A stretch of DNA of 64,000 bases from Heptranchias perlo (Eukaryota). The position numbers and the translations under genes are program-made. Numbering within the stretch: position 1 is the stretch's first letter; the number at the start of each line of letters is the position of its first letter. The stretch spans positions 25,296,001 through 25,360,000 of the forward strand of contig NC_090337.1 of NCBI RefSeq assembly GCF_035084215.1. The letters run 5' to 3'. Positions 1 to 11,609 of this stretch are shown piece by piece. Below the pieces are notes generated by a model. The model saw only the letters and a list, made by a program, of their open reading frames with translations, was not told the DNA's origin and searched no databases.

Positions 1-361
1 TGGTTGTCAGGGCCCTCGACTGTGTCCGTCCCATTTCCCACACCTCTGCCCTCACCCCTTCCCCTCCCTCCTAGAACCAAGATAGGGTCCCCCTTGTCCT
101 CACCTTCCACCCCACCAGCTGCCACACTCAACGTATCATCCTCTAGCATTTCCGCCACCTCCAACGCAATGCCGCCGCCAAACACATCTTCCTCTCCCCT
201 CCTCTCAGCATTCCGCAGGGAACATTCCCTCCGCAACACCCTGGTCCACTGTTCCAACACCCGCTCTCCTCCCCACAGCACCTTCCCGTGCAAGCGCAGG
301 AGATGCAACACCTGCCCTTTCACCTCCCTTCCTACTGTCCAGGGCCCTTTCACTCCTTCCA
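1..361 (+). mobile_element. Penelope-like retroelement, 5' part (linker/Cys motif preceding the GIY-YIG domain)
   Basis: ORF 4..384 contains LSAFRREHSLRNTLVH...FPCKRRRCNTCPF...QGP, typical of the PLE linker; interrupted by a CR1 insertion. Confidence 0.8.
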
Positions 362-1479
362 TGGGTGGAGGATTGGTTATCTAACAGGAAGCAGAGAGTT
401 GGGATAAATGGTACATTCTCGGACTGGCAACCAGTAGCCAGTGGTGTTCCGCAGGGGTCGGTGCTGGGTCCCCAACTCTTTACAATCTATATTAACGATT
501 TGGAGGAGGGGACCGAGTGTAACATATCAAAGTTTGCAGATGATACAAAGATGGGAGGGAAAGTAGAGAGTGAGGAGGACATAAAAAACCTACAAGGGGA
601 TATAGACAGGCTGGGTGAGTGGGCGGAGATTTGGCAGATGCAATACAATGTTGGAAAATGTGAGGTTATGCACTTTGGCAGGAAAAATCGGAGAGCAAGT
701 TATTATCTCAATGGCGAGAAACTGGAAAGTACTGCAGTACAAAGGGATCTGGGGGTCCTAGTGCAAGAAAATCAAAAGGTTAGTATGCAGGTGCATCAGG
801 TGATCAAGAAGGCCAACGGAATGTTGGCTTTTATTGCTAGGGGGATAGAATATAAAAACAGGGATGTATTGCTGCAGTTATATAAGGTATTAGTGAGACC
901 GCACCTGGAATACTGCATACAGTTTTGGTGTCCATACTTAAGAAAAGACATACTTGCTCTCGAGGCAGTACAAAGAAGGTTCACTCGGTTAATCCCGGGG
1001 ATGAGGGGGCGGACATATGAGGAGAGGTTGAGTAGATTGGGACTCTACTCATTGGAGTTCAGAAGAATGAGAGGCGATCTTATTGAAACATATAAGATTG
1101 TGAAGGGGCTTGATCGGGTGGATGCGGTAAGGATGTTCCCAAGGATGGGTGAAACTAGAACGAGGGGGCATAATCTTAGAATAAGGGGCTGCTCTTTCAA
1201 AACTGAGATGAGGAGAAACTTCTTCACTCAGAGGGTGGTAGGTCTGTGGAATTTGCTGCCCCAGGAAGCTGTGGAAGCTACACCATTAAATAAATTTAAA
1301 ACAGAAATAGACAGTTTCCTAGAAGTAAAGGGAATTAGGGGTTACGGGGAGCGGGCAGGAAATTGGACATGATTTTAGATTTGAGGTTAGGACCAGATCA
1401 GCCATGATCTTATTGAATGGCGGAGCAGGCTCGAGGGGGCGATTGGCCTACTCCTGCTCCTATTTCTTATGTTCTTATG
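362..1479 (+). mobile_element. Young 5'-truncated CR1 LINE (RT C-terminal half plus 3'UTR)
   Basis: Uninterrupted 335-codon frame with SGVPQGSVLGP, KFADDTK and LVRPHLEYC; (TTCTTATG)n tail; TTCCA on both flanks. Confidence 0.95.
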
Positions 1480-2190
1480 TTCCAAGTGAGAAAGCAATTT
1501 ACATGTACTACTTTCAATTTAGTATACTGTATTCGTTACTCACGATGTGGTCTCCTCTACACTGGGGAGACCAAACGCAGATTGGGTGATCGCTTTGCTG
1601 AACACCTCCGCTCTGTCCGCAAGCGTGACCCTGACCTGCCAGTCGCTTGCCATTTTAATCCTCTGTCCTACTCCCACTCTGACCTCTCTGTCCCCCCCCC
1701 CCCTTGCTTCCTACACTGTTCCATTGACACTCAATGAAAGCTCAAGGAACAGTACCTCATCTTTTGATTAGGCACTTTACAACCTTCCAGACTCGACATT
1801 GATTTTAATAACTTCAGACCATAACCACTGCTGCTATTTTATTTTGTGGGACTGCAGCTGCTGGTAATGGGTTCTGCTGTTGCCATTTACAGCTCCTATA
1901 GACCCATCTTTTGTTTCTTAACTTACCACCCATTACCATCATCCCTTTTGTCATTTAATCACTCCTGCCCTGCACCCTATCGCAGACCTTCCCCTTTGTT
2001 CTTTCTTGCCCTTCCCCATCCCCCTTTCCCTGGCTCTGTACATGCTTAAAATCTGTTCAATTTTCAACATCTTCCAGTTCTGGCCAAAGGTCTTCGACCT
2101 GAAACGTTAACTCTATTTCTTTCCCCAGAGGTGCTGCCAGACTTGCTGAGTGTTTTCAGCTTTTTTTTATTTCAGATTTCCAGCTTCCGC
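1480..2190 (+). mobile_element. Penelope-like retroelement, 3' part (GIY-YIG endonuclease plus terminal repeat with degenerate hammerhead)
   Basis: FQVRKQFTCTTFNLVYCIRYSRCGLLYTGETKRRLGDRFAEH; hammerhead-like remnant at 2076-2112. Confidence 0.85.
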
Positions 2191-3599
2191 AGCTCGGTGT
2201 CAAAATTTTGTTTGATAACGTTCCTTTGAAGCGCCTTAGGACGTTTTACTACATTAAAGGCGCTATATAAATGCAAGTTGTTGAGATAAGCTTCTGCTCA
2301 TTAATCAACTGTAGTTCATTTAACAGTAATGAATTTGAATCAATTAAAACATTTTAAAAATTGAGCTCAAGGTAAGGAATATAACTGCTAGCAAATGGAA
2401 CAATTTTCTGTTTTAGGTACCCTTTGTAACATCAAACACTGCCATGGTAGGAATAGCACAGCCCAATAGAGAGTAGAGCTTCTTCTTAAACCCACAATGC
2501 CAGCAAGCCCCAACCTCAGGACGACATCCACGCCAACCTACGAAAGTTGGAAATGTTGGCGGACAGCATCAAAAAATAGAGAACACAGTCCCCAAAAAGC
2601 TGCCAACTCAAAAATAGTCTTGACCAAGACCACTGCTTCAAGGCAACTGAATAAATTAAATCCCTCTTTATTAGATTGGATTTCATGATTTTTATTGACG
2701 CTTTGAGATCCCATTCTATTATTCTGTTTTTCATGTGAAAACTTAAATGTAATGACCTCTTGTGTAACACATGAAAAATAATTACAATGGGAGTGCTGTG
2801 TAACATGAATTTGTCAGAACCTAAACTGCAGATATACCCAATTTGTTTTACAGGGAAAAGCTGAAGTACACAAATGTGCAATTTTTACAGATCTAGAAAT
2901 TTTTGGATGGGGGAGTGAACTCTGATGGTGCATAATTTATTTTGTTGTGGGGGGGTGGTGGTTGTCCTCAGGCCATGCCCCTGCACTTACTGAGAATTTT
3001 GATTTTTGACACATTTCGCTGCATTTTCCAGCATTTTGAACTGTACAGCAGTTCAGTATTCAAGCTAAAAATATATTAGTCATTAGATGATTCTAAGCTT
3101 GGGATATAAAATCCTGTCAATTATAGGTTAAGGGAAGGATTCCACAGTTTTGAGGTCCTTGAAAAGATCGATTAGTGCTGATGAAGAGCTATTGTCTTGC
3201 CTAAGTTGTTCTAAGCCTAACTATACTCTGCTGCACATTCTCTGGGGAGTTATCAACCTTCCTGACACTAGTCCAGATGTTGTCCTAATTGTGCTGACAG
3301 ACAGTAACCAAACCCTTAATCAGCAAAATCAACAGGAATCTGTAAAGCAGCCCAGTGTCGGTTACACTAACCTACAAAGCAGTCCCATGACTTTTAGACA
3401 TGCCCTTTGGTGTCTGTATTATCATGATTTGCTCTGCAGAAAATTGTATTGACTGGGGAAAGTTTACAAAAGCTGGAAGTTGTTTGCTGAAGATGTCATT
3501 CAGAGACTTTAACTTAGTACTTAATACTATGGTACCTGCAGTACCTCACCAAAATGACCATTTTTATCTGGGACTATAGAGATCATACATATCTTTACA

Positions 3600-5065
3600 A
3601 ATGTGGCGGGTACTCTCAGCTGATCAGGGAATCCACATAGATCTGTGAAGGATAGGTCATGTCTGACTAATCTAGTTGGATTTGAGGTGGTCATTAGCAT
3701 GGTGGATAGAGTAGCGTCTATGGATCTTGTCCATGTGAACTTCCAAAAGGCATCTGATAAGGTTCCACACAAGAGATTATTAGCAAAAATAAAAGCACGC
3801 AGAATTGGACGTAACCTTGTGACATGGGTCGGTAATTGGTTGGTAGGTAGGAGACAGAGTGTCTTGATAAAGGGTTCATTCTCTGATTGGCGGGATGCGA
3901 CAGGTGGTGTTCCCCAGGGATCTATATTGGAGCCTCAACTTTTCATCATATGTGTTAATGACTTGGCTGAGGGAATAAAAAGTTGTATATCCAAGTTTGT
4001 AGATGACACTATGTTAGAAGGCACAGTAAATTCTGCAGATAGGAGCAAAAAGTTATATATGGGTAAACTAAGTGAGTGCGCAAAACCATGACAGATGGAG
4101 TTCAATATGAGGACATCCACTTTACGTTTGAGAAAGACAAACCAGCATGATACCAGGGCTTAAAGGATTAAATTGTGAGGGCAGTTTGAATAAACATGGC
4201 TTGAGTTTGGAAGGTAAAATCAAGGTATTTAAAATTATAGAAATTTGATAGAGTAGATACAGAGAAACTATTTTGGGAATGCAGAACAAGAGGGCATTAA
4301 ATTAGAGCTAGGCCATTTAAGAATGAAATTAGGAAGCATTTTTTCCACAAAGGGTCGTGGAAATCTGGAACACTCTCTTCGAAAACTTACTAGAATGGTT
4401 CCAGGGATGAGGGACTTCAGTTATGTGGATAGACTGGAGAAGCTGGGGTTGTTCTCCTTAGAACAGAGAAGGTTGAGAGGAGATTTGATAGATGTGCTCA
4501 AAATTATGAGGGGTCTAGATAGAGAGAAACTGTTACCATTGGCGGAAGGGTCGAGAACTAGAGGACAGATTTAAGGTGATTGGCAAAAGAACCAAAGGCA
4601 ACATGAGGAAAAACATTCTTACACAGCGAGTAGTTGTGATCTGAAATGCAATGCCTGAAAGGGTGATGGAGGTAGATTCATTCATGGCTTTCAAAAGGGA
4701 ATTGGATAAGTACTTGAAGGGAAAAAAATTGCAGGGCTGAAGGGAAAAAAATTGCAGGGCTGAAGGGAAAAAAATTGCAGGGCAACAGGGAAAGGGCAGG
4801 GGGGTGGGACTAGCTGGATTGCTCTTGCAGAGAGCTGGCACTGGCTCGACAGGCCAAATGGCCGCCTCCTGTGCTTCTTTGAAAACACACTGAATGTTGG
4901 GTCAGTTGAAATTTTGAAGACTGAGATTGTTAGATTTTTGTTGGGTAAGGTCAGCAAGAGATGTGGAATTAAGGCAGATAATTGAAGTTGGGGTACAAAT
5001 CAGCCATTATCAATTGAATGGTAGAACAGGCTAGAGAGGCTGATTCGCCCACTCCTGTTCCTATG
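3600..5065 (+). mobile_element. Cluster of decayed CR1 LINE fragments
   Basis: RSCLTNL, FQKASDKVPHKRL, GVPQGSILEP, KFVDDT, LEKLGLFSLEQRRLRGDLI; a second CR1 piece is nested at about 4385-4870. Confidence 0.85.
4715..4783 (+). repeat. 23-bp tandem repeat x3 inside a CR1 3' region
   Basis: (TGAAGGGAAAAAAATTGCAGGGC)x3. Confidence 0.9.
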
Positions 5066-5729
5066 TATGGTAGCTGAGCTCAATCCTTTAATATACACAA
5101 TTTCAAGCCGGAGTCTCTAGATTGGAATCAGCAGCAGAGGTAGTGGCTGATATCCTACCTCCCCCTAACCTAGGGATTGAGGCTAACTGTAGTGCTTCGA
5201 TTGCTGCTGTGGCTGAGATCTCAGCACTTTGAAGATCTACATGGCTGAGTTCCAGACTGGACAGTACATTTACCCAGTGAGACATTGTAGATACCTACAA
5301 ATAAACTTGTACCACTTACTCAGACCAACTCACCCTTCTGTTCCATTAATTATAGTTGATCCCGTAGATACCGTATTGGGAAGGTCACAAAGAGCATCCC
5401 GATGCGCCCTCTTCCCATACATTGTTGACCTGTTGTCATAGAAACACTTCGCGGCTTACGTTGCACACTGTGGTGTCTATGAAGCTGCCCTGCAGCCTAC
5501 ACATACAAATTCATAATGACGAAACAAATATATTTATTTATACATTGATGAGTTAGAGGATTTAATTAAACGTCCTTTTAAAAGAAATATCTATTCTCCA
5601 GTTGTTTTCTTGAAAGAAATTGGTTCCCAAATTGTATCTTTAGTCTATTAAACTGTAAAAAAAATTTGATTTGATTTTTAAAAAATCTTCAATTGAACAG
5701 TTTTTAAATTAAATTCGTTCATAAATAAA

Positions 5730-6350
5730 TGTACGATGCGGTTTGGTGTGATCTCTGTCGCTGTCTTTCCGGGACCTTCCTGAGGGAAGTTGTAATTTCC
5801 CAGCGTGCCTTGCTGCGGCCTCTTCCTCCATCTTGGATTCCTGGGCAGGCTGTGAGTGATGAGCGCTGCTGACTTCTAACTGCTCTTTGACGTTTACTGT
5901 TTGTATTATAGCGGCTCAAAGTAACTTGGCCCGGTGCGTGAGAGTGTGCGCTTTGGTTATTTGTTACCGGGGAGGGTGCGTGACGGCGGATGTTTGTGAT
6001 ACTGACCGGATTGTACTCGGAGGTGCTTGACTGTCTCTCTCTCTCTCTCGCTCTCTTACAGATTCAGCTGCCCCGCGCGCGCTCTCGCAATGCCCGGAAG
6101 GTAAGAGACGGACGTGGACGCGTGTTATACGCTCCTTAAGGGTTTTGGCTGCTTATTAAAATCCCTCAGCCCCTGGACTGTGCGGCGATCAAGGGTTGTG
6201 GCTGCTTATTAAAGTCTCCTGGACTGTGGGGCAGTGCCTGTGGTCTATCTGAAGTTCGGGGGCGGACGAGGCACAGTAAGGCCTGCGCCTTGTTTTCTAA
6301 GAAACGTGTTCATTTTTCCTGCATTGTCAGTTACGCGCGGTGGGGATGGT
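5730..6350 (+). promoter_or_regulatory. RPL35A: RPL35A CpG-rich promoter with 5'TOP motif and non-coding exon 1 (about 5820-5851)
   Basis: CpG enrichment; CTCTTCCTCC pyrimidine tract at about 5820 followed by YY1-like CCATCTTGG; donor GTGAGT at 5852. Confidence 0.75.
6090..6100 (+). CDS. RPL35A: 60S ribosomal protein L35a (eL33), coding exon 1 (MPGR)
   Basis: Acceptor CAG at 6059-6061, ATG at 6090, donor GTAAGA at 6101; phase joins the next exon. Confidence 0.9.
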
Positions 6351-6652
6351 CCTTTCGGCAAGTACCTTTTTTAAGTGACAGAAATAAGCCCACTAGGCCT
6401 GTCTAATTTTGGTATATTGACCCACCTGCTTACTACATCCCTCATTCTCATCTCCAGAAATATTTAATTGCTGAATTCATACTTCAGTGCCATCCTTGGC
6501 AAACTACACAACGATCCTTGGGGTGAAAATGTTATACCTGACTTCTGTTCTTACTCTCCTTTTCGAGATTGTGTCAAGCTAGCCTCTGGATTTTAGTATA
6601 AAGAAACATGCAGTGATAACCTTGTTGCTGTTTACTGTGACAGATTAAACTT

Positions 6653-6775
6653 TTAGGCGTTACGGGGAGTGTGCAGGAAATTGGACATGAATTTAGATTT
6701 GAGGTTCGGATCAGATCAGCCATGATCTTATTAAATGGGCCGATTGGCCAACTCCTGCTCCTATTTCTTATGTTC
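6653..6775 (+). mobile_element. CR1 3'-end fragment, same subfamily as 362-1479
   Basis: Close match to 1336-1476; TTAAACTT on both flanks (6645-6652, 6776-6783). Confidence 0.8.
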
Positions 6776-6911
6776 TTAAACTTAAGATTATCAAAATAAA
6801 TATAAATCAGATCTGGATCTGTGTTTTAGAGAGGAAGGAGCTTTTGCAATAATAAAAAAAATAAACAATATTTCAGATATACAGGCTGGTATCTGAAAAA
6901 TGGAATCTTAA

Positions 6912-7196
<285 letters not shown>

Positions 7197-7324
7197 TGAG
7201 TGTCTGTTTTTGAATTGTGTAAAATGTATTGCTTTGACAAATCTTTGATGCTCATTACAATCATTTCTGGGGAGATGGACAGTTTTGATTAACTGTTGAC
7301 ATGCTTGTAAATTTTGTTTTCACG

Positions 7325-8510
7325 CTGAGGCTTTGTGGCACACTCACCTCTGAGTCAGAAAGTCACATAGAATATACAGCATAGAAACAGGCCATTTGGC
7401 CCAACAGGTCAATGCCTGTGTTTGTGCTCTGCATGAACCTCCTCCCTCCCTACTTCATCTGACCCTATCAGCATATCCTTCTATTTCTTTCTCCCTCATG
7501 TGTTTATCTAGCTTTTCCTTAAATGCATCTATGCTATTCACCTCAACTTCTTGTGGTAGTAAGTTCCATATTTTAACAGATCTCTGCGTGAAGAAGTTTC
7601 TCTTGAATTCCCCATTGGATTTATTAGTCTTATATTTATGGCCCCTAGTTCTGGTCTCCTCTGCAAGTGGAAACATCCCTCTATCTCTACTCTATCAAGC
7701 CCTTTCATAATCTTAAAGACCTCTATTAGGTCATCCTCAGTTTTTTTTCTAGAGAAAAGAGCCCCAGCCTGCTCAGTCTTTCCTGATAGGTATAACCCTT
7801 CAGTTCTGGTATCACCCAATAAATCTTTTTTGCACTTTCTCCAGTGCCTCTATATCTTTTTTATAATATGGAGACCAGAACTGTTCACAATACTCCAGGC
7901 TTGGCCTAACCAATGTTCTATACATGTTTAACATAACTTCTCTCCTTTTCTATTCTATCCTTCTAGAAATGAACCCCAGTCGGTGCTTGGTTTGCTTTTT
8001 TTTTATGGCCCTATTAACCTGCATCATTGTGGTGATTTGAGTATTGTATCTCCCGATCCCTCTACTCCATTTAGACTCTTATTATCCAAGCAGTATGCAG
8101 CCCCCTTATTCCTACCAAAATGTAATACCTCACACTTGCCCATATTGAAATTCATTTGCCAATTACACGCCCATTCTGCAAGTTTATTAATGTCTTCCTG
8201 TAGGTCCAGCGCTGCACTGTCGGAGGTGCCGTCTTTCAAATGAGATGTTAAACTGAGGCCCAACTGCCCCCTTAGATGGACATAAAAGATCCTATGGTCC
8301 TACTTCAAAGATGATCAGCGAAGTTCTTGCCGGTGTCCTGGCCAATATTTATCCCTCAGCCAACAGCAGAAACATTATCTGGTCATTATCACATCGCTGT
8401 TTGTGGGACCTTGCAAATTGGCTGCCGCATTTCCTTCAAAAGTACTTAATTAGTTGTTAAGTGCTTTGGGGTGTCATGAAAGGCGCTATATAAATGCGAG
8501 TTCTTTCTTT
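7325..8510. mobile_element. Deu-domain/SacSINE-like tRNA SINE (+) split by a minus-strand CR1 fragment (about 7365-8200)
   Basis: SINE head CTCTGAGTCAGAA at about 7350; body GGAGGTGCCGTCTTTC...TAAAAGATCC and L2-like tail ATAAATGC at 8200-8510; minus-strand CR1 peptides (RTRGHKYK, WQMNFNMGKCEVLHFG). Confidence 0.75.
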
Positions 8511-8922
8511 GGTACCTACTCAACATTTGCTGCGACCGTTACTCCAGTGAGTTGGCTTTACAGTGAAATTAGTGACTGTCATACTAGTTCCCATTTTGAC
8601 AAGACTAGAATTTGTTGCCCACTTTGCACTGGATTTTTGAGCTTTGATCAGGGTTTAAAAATGTATACGAGCAAATGTCTTTAGCTTGCTGTGGATTGTA
8701 TCTTGAATGTGTTCATTTAGCGTCTGTTACTAAGCAAGCAAGGAATCTTTTAATGGTTTTTAAAATTCCATAGTTGTTTCCTTTTTGAATTAAAGTTTTT
8801 ATTGAATTCACTAATCCTTTACTTGCTGAGTGCACAGTTTGAGTATAGTTGTCTGTATGATCTAGATGCTTAAGTTGTATTTGTTTCAATTTTATATGGA
8901 ATAACATTTTACTTGAGAAAAA

Positions 8923-9056
8923 TGCAGCTATAGGTGCAGTTACTTTACAGCTGAGCTGCTTGGTGCAATGCTGTCTATCTCCCTGCAGAAACAGTTGCTT
9001 AATACTATCCCTAATTGCCTCCTTCGGCTGACAGGGACTTTTGGGCACATACATAA
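8923..9056 (+). ncRNA. Candidate intronic H/ACA-like sno/scaRNA
   Basis: About 134 nt with two hairpins judged by eye and ACA at 9051-9053; the hinge only imperfectly matches ANANNA. Confidence 0.3.
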
Positions 9057-9313
9057 ACAATGCTTTTGGCTTTATTTTTCTATAATAGTGAATGATTTTC
9101 TATAATACTTTATTGCCTCTTGCTTCCAAAACTGTATATCTTGTTTAAACACTTAATTTGCTGGGCTTCTGTTGTATTATTTCTATTCGGGATTTTAGTT
9201 CCCAATTGCATTACTACAATAATGGTTCCCTGTTCCACTGGTTTCCAATTTAGCAAACATTGCTGACTTTGTTTGTGTTGGTTAAATGTACCTTTCTTTT
9301 ATTCCTTTTACAG

Positions 9314-9458
9314 CAACACTGTCACTCCTGGTGGTAAACCAAACAAGACTCGTGTCATTTGGGGTAAAGTGACTCGTGCTCATGGAAATAGTGGCATGGT
9401 CCGTGCCAAGTTCAGCAGTAACCTGCCCGCTAAGGCTATTGGGCACAGGATTCGCGTG
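9314..9458 (+). CDS. RPL35A: RPL35A coding exon 3
   Basis: (N)[48 protein letters not shown]; AG/GT boundaries. Confidence 0.97.
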
Positions 9459-10466
9459 GTGAGTGCAGGAAACAACTTTTTTTTCAGATGTCCATTTTAT
9501 ATTTGGTGTCTCCGTACTGATCTAATCCTCGTGGTGGTCTAGAAGTCTACAAGTTTTGAGCTCTGTTTAGTATATACAACAGTCTAAATTCTGCTTTAAG
9601 CCAGCAGAGGTCAGATTGTTGTAGCTTAATAGTTCAGTTGCTTCATTGTTACGTATGATAGAGTTACTGGCTTAAAGCTATATGGCGCTGTTTTGTTTTT
9701 TGAAGTCCTGATTAAAGTGACTCAAGATATAACAATCAGTAGACTGTAGTATTTGGATTTACTTGGAGTAGATCATATAATTGAAATTGGTATGTTGCCT
9801 CAGAGACTTCCCATGGACAATGTTGAGCTGTCCAGTTGGGTATCTGGTTCTCCCCAGCGACGGACTATGAAAATGCAGTGGAATAATATTTGTTGAGGCT
9901 GACAGTGTTACTGACTAGTGTTCAGGTTTTAGAAATAGAATTTGGACAAGTTTCCTAAGTGAGGAAAGGAACGGCTTTACATTCATCATTGTGCTCTCTG
10001 GATACTACAAGGTCACTTCTGGTCCAGCTAAGTTTAGTTTAGTATTAACTGCAACCAGGTATGGTTGGCATGCTTAATAATTACTATATTTTGAAACATT
10101 TTAGAAGCAAACTAGCAGCATCTACTGGATTCTGCTTGTAATGTAGTGGGCAGTTGAGGCAATCATTGATAAAAGGACTCTGACTTGGGGGCTTGTCTGT
10201 TCAAGTCAAGCTGCCTGTCCTCAATTGCACAAAGCAGACACAAATTGCAAAATATGGAAATCCAGTATTTGCTAAGTTTTTATTGTATTATGTATGTTTA
10301 AATAAAATGACCAATAATGGTACTGAATAATGCAGTAGTTTGGCAAGTATATATTTTTCCGTGTAAGTGCAACTTAAATAAATTTTTTCTCATTTGATGG
10401 AAGCATTAAGCTGTTTGTAAATATTTCACTTTATATAATCGTCTTATAATTTTTGTTCTTTTCCAG

Positions 10467-10490
10467 ATGCTGTACCCATCAAGGATTTGA
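10467..10490 (+). CDS. RPL35A: RPL35A last coding exon (MLYPSRI*)
   Basis: TTCCAG acceptor; total CDS 11+153+145+24=333 nt = 110 aa. Confidence 0.95.
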   Translation: MLYPSRI

Positions 10491-10513
10491 AGCACAGCTG
10501 TACATAAATTGAC

Positions 10514-10519
10514 AATAAA
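10514..10519 (+). terminator. RPL35A: RPL35A polyadenylation signal
   Basis: AATAAA 24 nt after the stop codon, followed by a GT/T-rich element. Confidence 0.8.
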
Positions 10520-11609
10520 TAGTAAAATGGTCTAAATTTTGTGTTTTCCTTTGTGTGTGTGTGTATGTTGGCACGGTACGTTGGGTAGTGACAAACACAA
10601 GGGTTTGCATAACTCATGTTGCAAATATGTATGTTTTGTAAATGTTGTTACTAGATAATGTTTAAAATCAAATGATTCTGATAGCTGTTCTGTGTAAGGA
10701 AGCCTGCAATAGATGTGCTTAGGCTTTTGCCTCTTTATTTAACAAGTTAAGAAGTAAAAAGTATACACTGCTCCATTATGTTAGTGGATATTTTTGATCC
10801 TTTTAACTTTGCAATTAATGTGCACAATTGGCTTGCATTTTGGAAAGTTTTCTATGGAAACAGCTAATCACATATGTATTCTTCCATTCTTACAGAAATG
10901 TTATCTATAGGCTATCTGAAAACACCTGTGATCGTGCATCTAGTATGTGAGATGCAATTTGAGGGGAAAGAAAATTTATGGTGGGCTCTTCTAAATTGTA
11001 GCCAAATTTACAAGCAGTTACAATTGCCTTTTGACCTCCAGGAATTTGCAAGCACCTATAAATACCTGACTTTGCCTCTTTCGACCACTTTCTGCAGGAG
11101 TACTTGAATAGTGGCCTTAAAGGGAGAGGGTGGATTAGCTGTCTAAATCCCAGACTACCTGAGCAATGGCATGGGAGATCTGCAAGTGTTGGCAGTGACT
11201 TACCTGCTGGACGGCAAAAATGTTCCCATATAGCCATTAACTCTTCAGCGAGTGATCCAATAACTGCAACCAAGTAATCTGTGCTGATCTAACTGACCTT
11301 AGTGCTTTCTTTTAAAAAAGAAACCTATAAGTGAAGGGCCTCAGCCCACACTGAAATACCTTAGGTAGGCCTTGGTGCCCCCGATGAACCATGGTTCCTG
11401 GTCTGCTGTTCAGTGACTTTTGCTGATGAATGCACATGCGTGAAGGCTTGGTTATACTACCTCTGCCACAGTGGTCTGCTGCCACTCATTAACTATAACC
11501 ATGGGTACAGTGCTGGAGGACTGCTAGTACCTGTGTTTCAGAATTATAGAAAATTTTGGAGGGGTGGTGTTTCTGTCAGCTTTTCTTTACCACTTTGATG
11601 CAGCGATTT

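Noticed and set aside
365-1372. 335-aa ORF as a host gene
   Set aside because: It is a truncated CR1 ORF2 with its 3' tail and no promoter or true start.
5856-6005. GTGATGA...CTGA as a C/D snoRNA in RPL35A intron 1
   Set aside because: The C box overlaps the splice donor, there is no terminal stem, and the spacing is poor.
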